Below are positions 31,282 to 41,087 of a DNA stretch of 64,000 nucleotides, in pieces. Both the position numbers and the translations under genes were made by a program. The DNA comes from Escherichia phage EP01. How positions within the stretch are numbered: the first letter of the stretch is position 1; each line of letters starts with the position of its first letter. The stretch lies in the sequence record OM135583.1. The stretch is one strand, 5' to 3'. Under the pieces are notes generated by a model. It was not told the DNA's origin. It saw nothing but the letters and a program-made list of their open reading frames with translations, and ran no database searches.

Positions 31282-32964
31282 TTAAACCATTACAGTAAAC
31301 CGACCAACTTTCTTCATTTGAAGATGCTGACCATATTCTTGCGGGTCATGGTCTTTATGCGAAATTATAAAAACATTAGTATTTTTCATTGAATTTATAA
31401 TATTAGCTACGCCTTTAATACCTTCGGCATCAAATGACCCATCAAACACTTCATCGAGTATTAATGTACTAATACTAACACCAGATACAATAGAAGCAAT
31501 ATCACGCCAAGTAAATAAAAGAGCAATATCAATTCGTGCTTTTTCACCTTCACTAAATGAAGCATAACTAAAATCTTCACGACCACGGGATTTAATTGTC
31601 TCATTAAATTCTTCATCTAATGTAAACACATAATCCGCTTCCATTATTTTAAGATAATGGTTAATCTGCTTATTAAATAATGGAATGTACTTTTTAATAA
31701 TAGCACCTTTAATACCAGAATCTTTGAGCATATCAGTCAAAATTCCTCTGTGGTATTTTTCCATTACTAAATTAGTTTTTGTCTTAACAATTTTATCAAG
31801 TTCTTCTTGAAGCAGTGCTATTTCATCAGCATGGTCAATAAACTCAGATGATGCTTTTTCTATAGCCGCTTTAACTTTTTTAGCTTTATCTACCGTCGTG
31901 ATTAGAGATTGCTTTTTATTGCGAATATCATTTGCCAACGTCTGCTGGGTTTTAATATTATCTCGGTATTCGTCAACAAGAACTTTTAAATTATCACGAT
32001 GCGTTGAAAGCTGTTCAAATGAATGCGTACATTCAGAAACTTTATCTTTAATTTTAGAAACAACTTTATCACCAGAACTTAATTGTGACAAACAGGTTGG
32101 ACATAATCCACCTTCGTGATACATATTAATGACTTTATTATACGAGTCAATTTTTGATTTAATTAAAAATGCTTCTTGACCGATTTTATTAAATGCATCA
32201 GTCGGGTCTTCATCCAAAACAATATTAACTAATCTTTCATTAGCTTCTTCTATTTCCGATTTTAGCGTTCTAGCTTCTTTTGCCAAATCATCATACATAT
32301 TCTGCAGACGAGTAAGGTTATCACCAGTTAATTTTTTCTGGCGTTCAACGTTATCATTATATATTTTAATTTGTTGGATAATACTATCTTTTTTAACATC
32401 AAGCACTTGGTTTTGTGAATTTAATTCACGTATTAGTGCTTTATTAAGCTTATCCATTTCAGCTAATGTTCCTACCTCAAGCAGGTCTTCCACAAGCTTT
32501 CTTCGCGCAGGGGTCGACAAACCCATGAAAGGGGTATACCCTGCTGTACCAAGGACAACAATCTGCTTGAAACTGGCATATGACATTCCGATAAGCTGTT
32601 CAAATTCTGCTTGGAAATCTTTACTGCTGGCAGATTCATTAAGACGTGTACCGTTAACGGTGATTTCGAAAACGTTTGGTTTTTGTCCTCTTTTGATATA
32701 GTACTTTTTCTCATCATATTCCATCCACAGTTCAACTAAAAGTTCTTTCTTATTTGTGCTGTTTATTAATTGACCTTTCTTTACATCACGGAATGGCTTG
32801 CCAAAAAGCCCAAATGTGATGGCTTCTAACATAGTAGACTTACCACCGCCATTTCGTCCAGTAATAAGAGTTTTTTGAACCTTATCTAATTGAATGTCAA
32901 CTCCATTTTGACCAACTGACATTATATTTTTATATTTTACTCTATTAAGTTTAAATGATTTCAT
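31282..32964 (-). CDS. 46: recombination nuclease ATPase subunit (Rad50/SbcC-like), 560 aa
   Basis: Walker A GRNGGGKST, coiled-coil middle, CPTC zinc hook. Confidence 0.92.
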   Translation of the reverse strand: MKSFKLNRVKYKNIMSVGQNGVDIQLDKVQKTLITGRNGGGKSTMLEAITFGLFGKPFRDVKKGQLINSTNKKELLVELWMEYDEKKYYIKRGQKPNVFEITVNGTRLNESASSKDFQAEFEQLIGMSYASFKQIVVLGTAGYTPFMGLSTPARRKLVEDLLEVGTLAEMDKLNKALIRELNSQNQVLDVKKDSIIQQIKIYNDNVERQKKLTGDNLTRLQNMYDDLAKEARTLKSEIEEANERLVNIVLDEDPTDAFNKIGQEAFLIKSKIDSYNKVINMYHEGGLCPTCLSQLSSGDKVVSKIKDKVSECTHSFEQLSTHRDNLKVLVDEYRDNIKTQQTLANDIRNKKQSLITTVDKAKKVKAAIEKASSEFIDHADEIALLQEELDKIVKTKTNLVMEKYHRGILTDMLKDSGIKGAIIKKYIPLFNKQINHYLKIMEADYVFTLDEEFNETIKSRGREDFSYASFSEGEKARIDIALLFTWRDIASIVSGVSISTLILDEVFDGSFDAEGIKGVANIINSMKNTNVFIISHKDHDPQEYGQHLQMKKVGRFTVMV

Positions 32965-32979
32965 TTTGTATCCAATTGT

Positions 32980-33834
32980 TCACAATGAAGAAAATTCTTT
33001 AACTAAAGCCTGTAATGAAGCCTCTATTGGATATCCATTCTTAACTAACATTTTCCTAAACATCACATGTTTAGGACGATTATATGATATCCACAATTCA
33101 TACAATTTATCTTTATTATCCCAATGATAGCCTTTTCGTCTAGATGCTATATGAGCTTTTCTAATCTCCGGATTTTTCCAACTAGCAGCTACTGAATTTG
33201 ATATAGCTATTTTATATTCAGGTTTTGATAAAGCAGCACGAACAGCCTTTTGGTGTTTAATTTTATTTTCTTCGTTATTAAACCATTCCCTTGAAGCCAT
33301 TGAAATTTTTTGTTTTGTTTTAAAATTATTTAATCTTTCTTTGTTATCTTTCCTATTTTTTGCTACTGAAAAATATTTTAATGCCCTTTCTCTAGCAGCA
33401 TTTCTATTTTGCGGATTTGAATAATACTGTTGAAGCCTTTTTGATATTGTGTCACTTACATCTTGTTTTATAAAACTATATTCAGCAGCTATTAAATCAA
33501 CTTCGGCTAAAGATAAATTTTTATATGTTTTTCCTGACATCATTCTATTTAAAGCATTTAGCATTTTTCCATTTTTACCTTTTGCTAATAAGAAGTGTGC
33601 TTTAAAATGATTAAAATGACTTAAATTAACTAAATTCCATGTAGATTTTAAATATTCAGGAAATATTGATTTAGGAAGCACGTGGTGTGCTTCCGTTTTA
33701 CCTGGAGTTTTAACAGTTGAATTCATAGAAATAAAATTAATGTAAGACTTGGCGTCTTCTTCACTCAACGCTAATTTTTCAACTAATTCCTTTATTAAAA
33801 ATTCATCATTAATGTCAAGTTTAAAATTCTTCAC
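32980..33834 (-). mobile_element. HNH-type homing endonuclease gene, 284 aa, GTG start
   Basis: AHHVLPKS...NLVNLSHFNHFKAH motif and repeated basic DNA-binding modules; inserted between 46 and 47. Confidence 0.65.
33798..33834 (-). repeat. ~36-bp direct repeat copy 1, at HNH endonuclease start
   Basis: gtgaag...ttgacattaatgatgaatt on minus strand. Confidence 0.55.
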
Positions 33835-34046
33835 AAAAGATTCCTTTTAATGTATCTTTTAGACCATTCTATCATATCATCATAATCTAAAAAGTATTCA
33901 TCAAATTCAGCCATGCAAACAACACCTTGTGCTGCTTTTGATGTGATATAAATTATTCCAACATATCTAGAATCTTCTTCGGTGTAATCAATATTTGCTA
34001 TGAATTCATCGTTAATGTCAAATGTCGAAAACTTCACAGTATGCAT
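33831..34046 (-). CDS. hypothetical protein, 71 aa (start trimmed to MHTVKF)
   Basis: Stop overlaps HEG GTG start; N-terminus FSTFDINDEF mirrors the HEG N-terminus. Confidence 0.4.
   Translation of the reverse strand: MHTVKFSTFDINDEFIANIDYTEEDSRYVGIIYITSKAAQGVVCMAEFDEYFLDYDDMIEWSKRYIKRNLL
34002..34037 (-). repeat. ~36-bp direct repeat copy 2, at start of 71-aa ORF
   Basis: gtgaag...tttgacattaacgatgaattc on minus strand; roughly three quarters identical to copy 1 by eye. Confidence 0.55.
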
Positions 34047-34281
34047 CCTTAATACAAGATACAGCCATATCTTGTAATGATTTAGGTGTGTCATTATCTA
34101 AAATGTTGAAGTTAAAAGATACAGCCCAGTCAGTGCAGACCGTGACCTTTTTAATACAATTATCTTCAACCTCTAACGGTTCAAACCAATATTCAATAAT
34201 TTCTTTATGCCCAATATCATCTTTTACTTCACATTCAAAATGCTGACTCATCATAACATTTTTAAATTCATCAAAAGTCAT
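34018..34281 (-). CDS. hypothetical protein, 87 aa
   Basis: ORF track; overlaps gene 47 start. Confidence 0.5.
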   Translation of the reverse strand: MTFDEFKNVMMSQHFECEVKDDIGHKEIIEYWFEPLEVEDNCIKKVTVCTDWAVSFNFNILDNDTPKSLQDMAVSCIKDAYCEVFDI

Positions 34282-35297
34282 TGTGTTGCCTCTACATATA
34301 ACTGATTTGCATATTGAATAAGTGCTTCGCGATCAGAATCAGTGATGTCTGGAATTGCATTAATGTATTCTTCCATCAACGTCTGAAGAGATTGAACTTC
34401 AACTTCTTCGCTATCATCTGACTCGACAGAGTTATCAATCTTTGACACAACTCGTAATGAATGCACAACTTTTTCTAGTTCAGATTCGAACTTCGTCAGA
34501 TTTTTGTCTACCTCAGTTACTATAACACGTACTGATAGATTTGTAAAATCTTTATAGTCAATTTTTCCCTTAAATGGATATTGAATTCGACGATGCCAGG
34601 TAGTGTTGTTTGGAATAAATTCCATTCGTTCTGTTTCTGTATCAAACATCCAGAACCCGCGAGGGTCATTCTCGTCACCTGCAGTTAATGTCCATGGTGT
34701 CCCAATATATCTGACGTTAGCAGCCTCAGAGATAGTATGGAAGTGACCAGACCACACTTCTTTGTAAGTCTTAAGGAAATCAGGTTCAAGACCATGAGAT
34801 TTCATTCCTTTATAAAAATAGAATCCATTCAGTTCCCAGTGACCGACACAAAAAGAAGCAGATGAAGTTTTGATGTGTTCAAGAATTTCGCCAGTATTTT
34901 CTTCACACATCCAAGGAATTAAATCAATCAAACATCCGTCAAAATCTACTGTAGTAGGCTTATCATATACTTTAACATTAGGATATTTAGCCAAAAGCTC
35001 AGTAGAAGCATTTGGATGCATTACATTTTTATAGTGGAGATCGTGATTTCCTACAATAGTATGTAATGTGATTCCAGCGTCATCAAGCATTTGAACTATT
35101 TCACGTGCAAACTCCATAGTTTTATGCGTAATCGCTTTTCGCACATCAAAAATATCACCGTATTGAATCCATGTAGTAATTCCGTTTTTCTTAGAATATT
35201 CTATCGCTTGCTTAATTCCGTCAAGTTGAATACCGCGAATCCATTCATCGTCAGCTTTAACGCCTAAATGCCAATCACCTAAATTTAAAATTTTCAT
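34278..35297 (-). CDS. 47: recombination nuclease (Mre11/SbcD-like), 339 aa
   Basis: Phosphoesterase motifs DWHLG, GDIFD, GNHD. Confidence 0.93.
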   Translation of the reverse strand: MKILNLGDWHLGVKADDEWIRGIQLDGIKQAIEYSKKNGITTWIQYGDIFDVRKAITHKTMEFAREIVQMLDDAGITLHTIVGNHDLHYKNVMHPNASTELLAKYPNVKVYDKPTTVDFDGCLIDLIPWMCEENTGEILEHIKTSSASFCVGHWELNGFYFYKGMKSHGLEPDFLKTYKEVWSGHFHTISEAANVRYIGTPWTLTAGDENDPRGFWMFDTETERMEFIPNNTTWHRRIQYPFKGKIDYKDFTNLSVRVIVTEVDKNLTKFESELEKVVHSLRVVSKIDNSVESDDSEEVEVQSLQTLMEEYINAIPDITDSDREALIQYANQLYVEATQ

Positions 35298-35457
35298 ATA
35301 TCAAGAACCGTCATTGAAATGCAAAATAAAATTATTGAAATAAATCCATCTGGAGTACTAAAGAACCCAATCCAACATGCTCTAGTGAATAGATAAAATG
35401 CAAGAAAAAGTATCACATATCCAAGAAATATCATTATATCAAACTCCGTATAAAGCT

Positions 35458-35475
35458 AAAGGGCCGAAGCCCTTT
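35458..35475 (-). terminator. UUCG-tetraloop hairpin at 3' end of alpha-gt
   Basis: Same aaagggccgaagcccttt sequence as at 29878. Confidence 0.5.
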
Positions 35476-36676
35476 ATTTTGTAATAATGTCAAACTGTTC
35501 TTTAAAGCAGAAGCTTGAATCTTGATGCTGATACAGAAATTCATAAGCTTTTTCACGTTCACGGTCATAAAGAGCTCGATCAGATGACAGTTCTTTAATA
35601 CGTTCAAATGTTGATTCCATGTCATTTTCATCAAACCAAACGATACCGCTATCATGAGAAATTAACGGAGTATTATCAACACGGAATTTTAAATTTTCAC
35701 CAGTAGATTTCCAAAATACTGGAATTGTTCCGCATGCACCAAGCTCGAGATGAGTGTATTCTAAAGAACGTTGTAGATATTTTTTATCTAATTTACTCAG
35801 CTGATAACCAAATCCGGATTTACTCATACGTTCAAGCATTTCGCTATTTACATAACGATCGAGAATTTGCGTTGGCAAATTAGGAGCAATTTTAATTTGG
35901 TCTACTTGATGAAGACGATAATACTCATATGGAATTCCTTTTTCTTTAATAGGAATGAATGCTGGAGAACGTTCCAGACCTTCCATAATAGTACTTAGTC
36001 CTGCAGGTTTAAGATGTTTTTCGTGAAAATCAAACATCTGGTAAAAACCTTTCCATGTAGTCGTACGACCAATCCAACGGTTGATATTCATGTTAATTTC
36101 AGAAACATCTTTCCAGTAGGTTGATCGAACCTTCGCAATATCCATAGGAGGCTGAAAGTTATATACGGTCGGTGCTTCTTCAATATCATCAAACAAAGAA
36201 ACAGTTTCCGGATACCATTCTTTCATTAAAACTTTATTAAAATCGCCATTATCAGAATGACTAAAAATAACATCAGCTCGACGAACAGTTTCTTCTAATC
36301 CCAAATTTCGGCGTAAAGAAAGAGAAGAATGGTCATGCTGATAAACTACAACACGAACCGAAGGTTTAATATTATCAATAATTTTTTTATAGTTATTAAT
36401 TGTGTCTTCTTCGACTGAAGTAGCAGGAACTGAATTGATAATTAGAATATCACAATCATTTACCAGCTTAAGTGTTTTATCGTATTCTTTTGCCAATAAA
36501 ACCGGAATTGAAAATGATTTATAATCATGCGCGCAATTACGAGTAAATGATTTATCTTTAGCATAAACCAAAGTTACTTCATGACCATTTTTAATAAACC
36601 AATCACGTTGCTCAAGAGAAAATTTAGTTACACCGCAACCTTCAAGACCTCGAGCCATAAAAATACATACTTTCAT
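35474..36676 (-). CDS. a-gt: DNA alpha-glucosyltransferase, 400 aa
   Basis: 400 aa, near-identical to T4 alpha-gt as I recall it. Confidence 0.93.
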   Translation of the reverse strand: MKVCIFMARGLEGCGVTKFSLEQRDWFIKNGHEVTLVYAKDKSFTRNCAHDYKSFSIPVLLAKEYDKTLKLVNDCDILIINSVPATSVEEDTINNYKKIIDNIKPSVRVVVYQHDHSSLSLRRNLGLEETVRRADVIFSHSDNGDFNKVLMKEWYPETVSLFDDIEEAPTVYNFQPPMDIAKVRSTYWKDVSEINMNINRWIGRTTTWKGFYQMFDFHEKHLKPAGLSTIMEGLERSPAFIPIKEKGIPYEYYRLHQVDQIKIAPNLPTQILDRYVNSEMLERMSKSGFGYQLSKLDKKYLQRSLEYTHLELGACGTIPVFWKSTGENLKFRVDNTPLISHDSGIVWFDENDMESTFERIKELSSDRALYDREREKAYEFLYQHQDSSFCFKEQFDIITK

Positions 36677-36726
36677 TTAATATCCTCATTGTTTTGGTTT
36701 ATTTTACCAAAAATTTATAAAGCAAT

Positions 36727-36746
36727 ATAGGAGCCGAGGCTCCTAT
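36727..36746 (-). terminator. hairpin upstream of alpha-gt
   Basis: ataggagc-cgag-gctcctat. Confidence 0.4.
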
Positions 36747-36919
36747 CCACATAATACACCATACAGAGGCTCATTAGAGCTTCTAAATTTTATGCGCTTA
36801 TACGTTATAGTTCCTTCTGCTTTAGCTTTATCGTGAGCCTCTTTAAAGCGCCTCATCATTTCTACTTTAGAGGAACGAATTTTATTATAATCTATTTCAG
36901 AAGTCTGGGTGTTCATCTT

Positions 36920-37126
36920 TCACAGTTGCCACCATTTTTTGACTTGATAGGAATCAACCCACACTTTCATATTAGGGTCTGCTCTTACAATAGGAGGATT
37001 AACTTCTTTAATTGAACTATCATGGTATTCTTTTTCAGAAATTTTCACACAAAGATGGCCGTTCAAAGATTCAGTAAATCCTGCATTAATTTTAAGACGC
37101 TTGAATTTTACGTGTGTAAGCATCAA
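36920..37126 (-). CDS. hypothetical protein, 68 aa
   Basis: ORF track; overlaps neighbour. Confidence 0.35.
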   Translation of the reverse strand: MMLTHVKFKRLKINAGFTESLNGHLCVKISEKEYHDSSIKEVNPPIVRADPNMKVWVDSYQVKKWWQL

Positions 37127-37409
37127 TCATATCCTCAATCTGTGATCTAGTAGTCTTCCAAAGAATACTAATGAGTTCATCGTTATATGGCTGTTTTAGA
37201 ATATCCCGACTTTTCTTGATAGCATATTCGTATTGAGCAAAATTATTGTTTTCAGCTGCAATTTGAGCGTGTTTATAAAGACGGTTCAGTTCGCGTTTAT
37301 TTTTAGACAATAACTTATTTGCTTTTCTTTCTGCTTCAAGACGGTTCTTTTCTTCAATAGAAGAAATAAGCTTTTCCACTTCATCATTAATTTCGGGTTT
37401 ATCAGTCAT
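37092..37409 (-). CDS. hypothetical coiled-coil protein, 105 aa
   Basis: ORF track. Confidence 0.5.
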   Translation of the reverse strand: MTDKPEINDEVEKLISSIEEKNRLEAERKANKLLSKNKRELNRLYKHAQIAAENNNFAQYEYAIKKSRDILKQPYNDELISILWKTTRSQIEDMIDAYTRKIQAS

Positions 37410-37410
37410 A

Positions 37411-37629
37411 TTATTTCTCTAATATAAAATAAAAATCATCATCTGTTAAATGATACCGATAGTTTAATTCTACACCATTAGATTTAAAAGCGGTATCATA
37501 CGGATTTTCTGGATCAATATCAATGTCAAGAGCTAAAACTTCCCTGAGATACATTTTAAGTAAATAGGGAATAGCTTCAACTTCAGGTATTTCTTCCAAG
37601 AATCCGGAGAGGTTAATCGTTAGCCTCAT
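37411..37629 (-). CDS. hypothetical protein, 72 aa
   Basis: ORF track. Confidence 0.45.
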
Positions 37630-38170
37630 ATAAAAAATCCAAACTAGGAGAATCGTCTACAACACTTTTCTTTTCAGCCCCTGGTGTTCTATAGGTTGAT
37701 TCTTCGTAATGCGTCATTTTATCGTAGATGTCTTGAATAAAAGTTTCATCTACTAACGCAACCATATCGTCGTCACGACTGTCATAGACATTGTGAACGA
37801 AGTAACTATATTTCTTTGCAACTTCCTTACGTTCTTTTTTAATACGTTGGACGAATGCATTAAAACAAGCTTGAGTTATATATGCATGTGGGTTTTTATA
37901 TTTCGTTTCATCAAAATTATGAAGCCCCTTAATAGAAGCTTCTATACCATCTGCAATCATTTCTTGTTTCCAGGATTGGGTGTATCCTGAAAAGTTGAAA
38001 CGTTTAGATAAGCCTTCTGCAATAAGCATAATGGCTAATCCGATAGTATCATTCTGACGAACTACTTTATTTGGGTCTTTATTATTTGCTAATTCTGTTT
38101 TCCAATCAATAATAGCTTGTAAAAGCTCTTTATTGTTTACGTAATTATATTTAGGCTTAGTTTCTGACAT
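37613..38170 (-). CDS. 55: late-transcription sigma factor gp55, 185 aa
   Basis: [21 protein letters not shown]-terminus; start at ATG 38170. Confidence 0.92.
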
Positions 38171-38252
38171 TTTCACCTCTTAGCTCAATTCATAGATCTA
38201 TTATATCATAATATTTGAAGATCTATCTTAAAGCATAGAGGATGAATCAATT

Positions 38253-38474
38253 TCACGCATTCATTAAGTTAGCCGCTTCAAGAGCTGCATCTAGTGAATC
38301 AAATTGGTCAACGTATTCAATCAATTCGCCGTAATTAGCATATAACCACCATTGGCTAAATTCATACTCAAGGATAAATCCGTTTCCTTCAATTTGAGTT
38401 AAACCAATGCCATTTGTATTTACTTCATATCCGGCAAGACGCAAATCGTTAATAAGAGCTTCATTCATATTCAT
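38253..38474 (-). CDS. hypothetical acidic protein, 73 aa
   Basis: ORF track. Confidence 0.45.
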   Translation of the reverse strand: MNMNEALINDLRLAGYEVNTNGIGLTQIEGNGFILEYEFSQWWLYANYGELIEYVDQFDSLDAALEAANLMNA

Positions 38475-38797
38475 ACCTTAGTAATTTTCAGATCAGCAAA
38501 TTTTTTCTTGCGTTGATTTTTCATACGACGAATAGTTTTATCGGAAATTTCATGTTTTTGATAAGCTTTAGATTCTACACCAAAAGCTTTAACATCAAAT
38601 TCTGACAGGATATATTGAACCAACAATTCACGGACAGTATTTCGTCCAATCTTCTGATCATTCTGTTTCATCGTCTGATGAAGCTCTTTTTCCCATTTAT
38701 CCAAAATTTGAGGAGTTACAATATCGCCTTTTTCTAGCAGAGAAACTACTTTATCATATGCATAAGAATTGATGGCGTTTTTAATTTGAATAGTCAT
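38471..38797 (-). CDS. hypothetical protein, 108 aa
   Basis: ORF track. Confidence 0.5.
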   Translation of the reverse strand: MTIQIKNAINSYAYDKVVSLLEKGDIVTPQILDKWEKELHQTMKQNDQKIGRNTVRELLVQYILSEFDVKAFGVESKAYQKHEISDKTIRRMKNQRKKKFADLKITKV

Positions 38798-38835
38798 ACA
38801 TTATCCTCAATTGCGTTAAAATTTTATTATCCAAA

Positions 38836-38851
38836 AAGGGCCGAAGCCCTT
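38836..38851 (-). terminator. UUCG-tetraloop hairpin
   Basis: aagggc-cgaa-gccctt. Confidence 0.45.
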
Positions 38852-39050
38852 AGCTAAACTGTTTGGCACCTTTCCAGCCTTCATACATCATTGCAGCTGA
38901 TATTAATATTGCTCCTGAGCAACTTGAATATTTGTGATTCCAAAACCAGTTTAGAAAAACTTCGTCATCAATACCCTGGGCTATCATATTTTCAAAGAAC
39001 TGACGACGAGCTTCGGCAATTCGTTGCGATAATTTAGATTCAGGATTCAT
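38850..39050 (-). CDS. hypothetical protein, 66 aa (start trimmed)
   Basis: Internal ATG with GAGGA SD; avoids overlap with upstream ORF. Confidence 0.45.
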   Translation of the reverse strand: MNPESKLSQRIAEARRQFFENMIAQGIDDEVFLNWFWNHKYSSCSGAILISAAMMYEGWKGAKQFS

Positions 39051-39057
39051 ATTTTCC

Positions 39058-39351
39058 TCAGCTATAACGATAGCACTCGTTTGATTTGCGCTTAGCAACT
39101 CGTTGAGAAGTATTGTAATCAAAATCGTCATCAATGTAAACTGATTTTTTCAACTTTCTTACTTCACTACGCAATTGACGATTTAGCTCATCTTTAACTT
39201 CTGAATCAATGCCTTTCATTCTACGCCATTTATCAGAGCGAAAAATGTTTTCAACCATATCTTTATGACTTACACCATCAGGAGCTTTACGCTTTCCGAA
39301 ATAGTCATAATCACGTACTTTTAAATCTTTACGACGATACGTTTTACCCAT
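39058..39351 (-). CDS. hypothetical basic protein, 97 aa (start trimmed)
   Basis: Internal ATG preceded by AAGGA. Confidence 0.45.
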   Translation of the reverse strand: MGKTYRRKDLKVRDYDYFGKRKAPDGVSHKDMVENIFRSDKWRRMKGIDSEVKDELNRQLRSEVRKLKKSVYIDDDFDYNTSQRVAKRKSNECYRYS

Positions 39352-39548
39352 GGAGTTTAATTTCCTTAGCAACTGAACTAAATACAGCACGGTCACAAAT
39401 CATGTGTTTGTTCCATTTAAGTACAGTATAATGAACATCTAGATCATCTACTGCTGTAACAATAACAATATGTCCGTTAACACGATAATACTGGTCCCTT
39501 TTAATCTCTTTATCAACCATATCAAATCCTCAAAGGCAATTCATATGT

Positions 39549-39580
39549 TAATAATACCACAGTTTGAACTTCTTGTAAAC
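39549..39580 (-). promoter_or_regulatory. early promoter
   Basis: Plus strand taataatacc...gtaaac. Confidence 0.55.
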
Positions 39581-39660
39581 AACTTTGTGAAAATTATTTT
39601 AGGGAATGATAAGAAGTGAATGATAGTTAGAATGGTAATATACAGAATGTGAGAAAGAAA

Positions 39661-39673
39661 GGCCCAGAGGGCC
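39661..39673 (-). terminator. short GC hairpin downstream of glutaredoxin-like gene
   Basis: ggccc-aga-gggcc. Confidence 0.35.
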
Positions 39674-39677
39674 CGTC

Positions 39678-40001
39678 TTAGTCTTCTATGATATCTCTAT
39701 CATATCCAAGTGAAATGAGAGTTTCTTTGAAGTGTTTAATGTTCTTTTGTCTAGAATCATTGATGAAAATGACTGGATAACGAATGTTAAGAGATGTGAA
39801 TCCAGCGCGTTTAGCAAGAGATACAATCAGTGGACGATCATACTCAATCTTACCATTATTTGTAAGAACTTTATAGAAAGTAAAAGGAGCATTGAGCTCC
39901 TTTAGAAGTTTTGTAACTGATTGACATCCAGGACAACGACCTACTTCATCTGGAATTCCATAGACTTCAATCTTATTCTTTAAGTTCGAGTTTTGTTCCA
40001 C
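39678..40001 (-). CDS. glutaredoxin-like protein (CPGC active site), ~107 aa
   Basis: CPGCQS redox motif; no in-frame ATG outside the upstream ORF, so GTG at 40001 behind AAGGAA is proposed. Confidence 0.55.
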   Translation of the reverse strand: MEQNSNLKNKIEVYGIPDEVGRCPGCQSVTKLLKELNAPFTFYKVLTNNGKIEYDRPLIVSLAKRAGFTSLNIRYPVIFINDSRQKNIKHFKETLISLGYDRDIIED

Positions 40002-40284
40002 GAGAAATAATTCCTTGATAAGCCCAGTATGGCGGGTTAACAGAATCATCGCCAGAATTTTCTTCAGGAAAATAAACCTGGATAACAAATCCAGATGCAT
40101 CAAAGGTAAAATAAACCGTAGGTAATTCACCTAACAATTCAGCGCGGTTATTAATTTCTTCAAGTTCTCGTTCTCGTCCAGCCCAAAAACTAGGATTTAG
40201 ACTACATTCATAGAAATAATAGTCATTACCGAACATATCAAAACCCTTCCAACTCTCTACCACATACCGCTCAAAACTAATCAT
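39973..40284 (-). CDS. hypothetical protein, 103 aa
   Basis: ORF track. Confidence 0.5.
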   Translation of the reverse strand: MISFERYVVESWKGFDMFGNDYYFYECSLNPSFWAGRERELEEINNRAELLGELPTVYFTFDASGFVIQVYFPEENSGDDSVNPPYWAYQGIISRGTKLELKE

Positions 40285-40286
40285 AA

Positions 40287-40526
40287 TTAAGCCTTTTTAT
40301 CAAGAACAGCATTCAGTTTGTTAGTAATTTTATCCAGACGCTCATTGAACTCGCTAGAAGATAGTCCTTTTTCTGGAGAAATTAAGCTAATCACGAAAAA
40401 TATAGCAATAAAAGGAATAAGAAAAATAGCACCAACTGCCATAAACAAAAAGAACGTTACAGTTGTAAGAAAATCAGCTAAACCTTTACGAAATTTATAC
40501 ATATTTACCCTTAATTGATTAACCAA
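40287..40526 (-). CDS. small membrane protein, 79 aa
   Basis: Hydrophobic TM segment. Confidence 0.5.
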   Translation of the reverse strand: MVNQLRVNMYKFRKGLADFLTTVTFFLFMAVGAIFLIPFIAIFFVISLISPEKGLSSSEFNERLDKITNKLNAVLDKKA

Positions 40527-40616
40527 GCATTGATAAGTACTAAACTATACTGCGAATAAAATTCTGGACCAAAATGAAAAATCATATCATTTATAGTATC
40601 AATAATATAATTCAGT

Positions 40617-41087
40617 TTAATCATGTTTCCACACCCCATCGGTATTTGACCAAAGTCGCTGATTATCTGAACCTCGCCACAGCTTTTTGGTCGGAAGATT
40701 TTTCTCATACTTCCCATCAATAATAACATCAACATATTTAAGCATTTCTAGTTGTTTAATATCTTCAAATTTATATCCTGTCCACAACCAAATGCTTTTA
40801 TTTGGATAAAGATTTTTTACCGTTTGAACAATGCAATGAACAGCATCTCGGTTATCAGGATAAAGAGGGTCACCTCCAGTTATAGTTAATCCTTCTATAT
40901 AATCATTATTCAAACATTCAATTAATTGTTCTAGTGTTTCACCAGTGAATGGAACGCCATTTCTAGCATTCCATGTTGATTTATTATAACACCCTTCACA
41001 TTTATGCAAACACCCCGTAACGAAAAGAACGACCCTGCATCCAGGGCCATTCACAAAATCGCAGGGATAAAATCTATCGTAATTCAT
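40617..41087 (-). CDS. nrdG: anaerobic ribonucleotide reductase activase (radical SAM), 156 aa
   Basis: CLHKCEGC radical-SAM cluster motif. Confidence 0.92.
   Translation of the reverse strand: MNYDRFYPCDFVNGPGCRVVLFVTGCLHKCEGCYNKSTWNARNGVPFTGETLEQLIECLNNDYIEGLTITGGDPLYPDNRDAVHCIVQTVKNLYPNKSIWLWTGYKFEDIKQLEMLKYVDVIIDGKYEKNLPTKKLWRGSDNQRLWSNTDGVWKHD

Noticed and set aside
35434-35655. 73-aa minus-strand ORF overlapping the 3' end of alpha-gt
   Set aside because: Out-of-frame overlap with a confidently identified gene; likely spurious.
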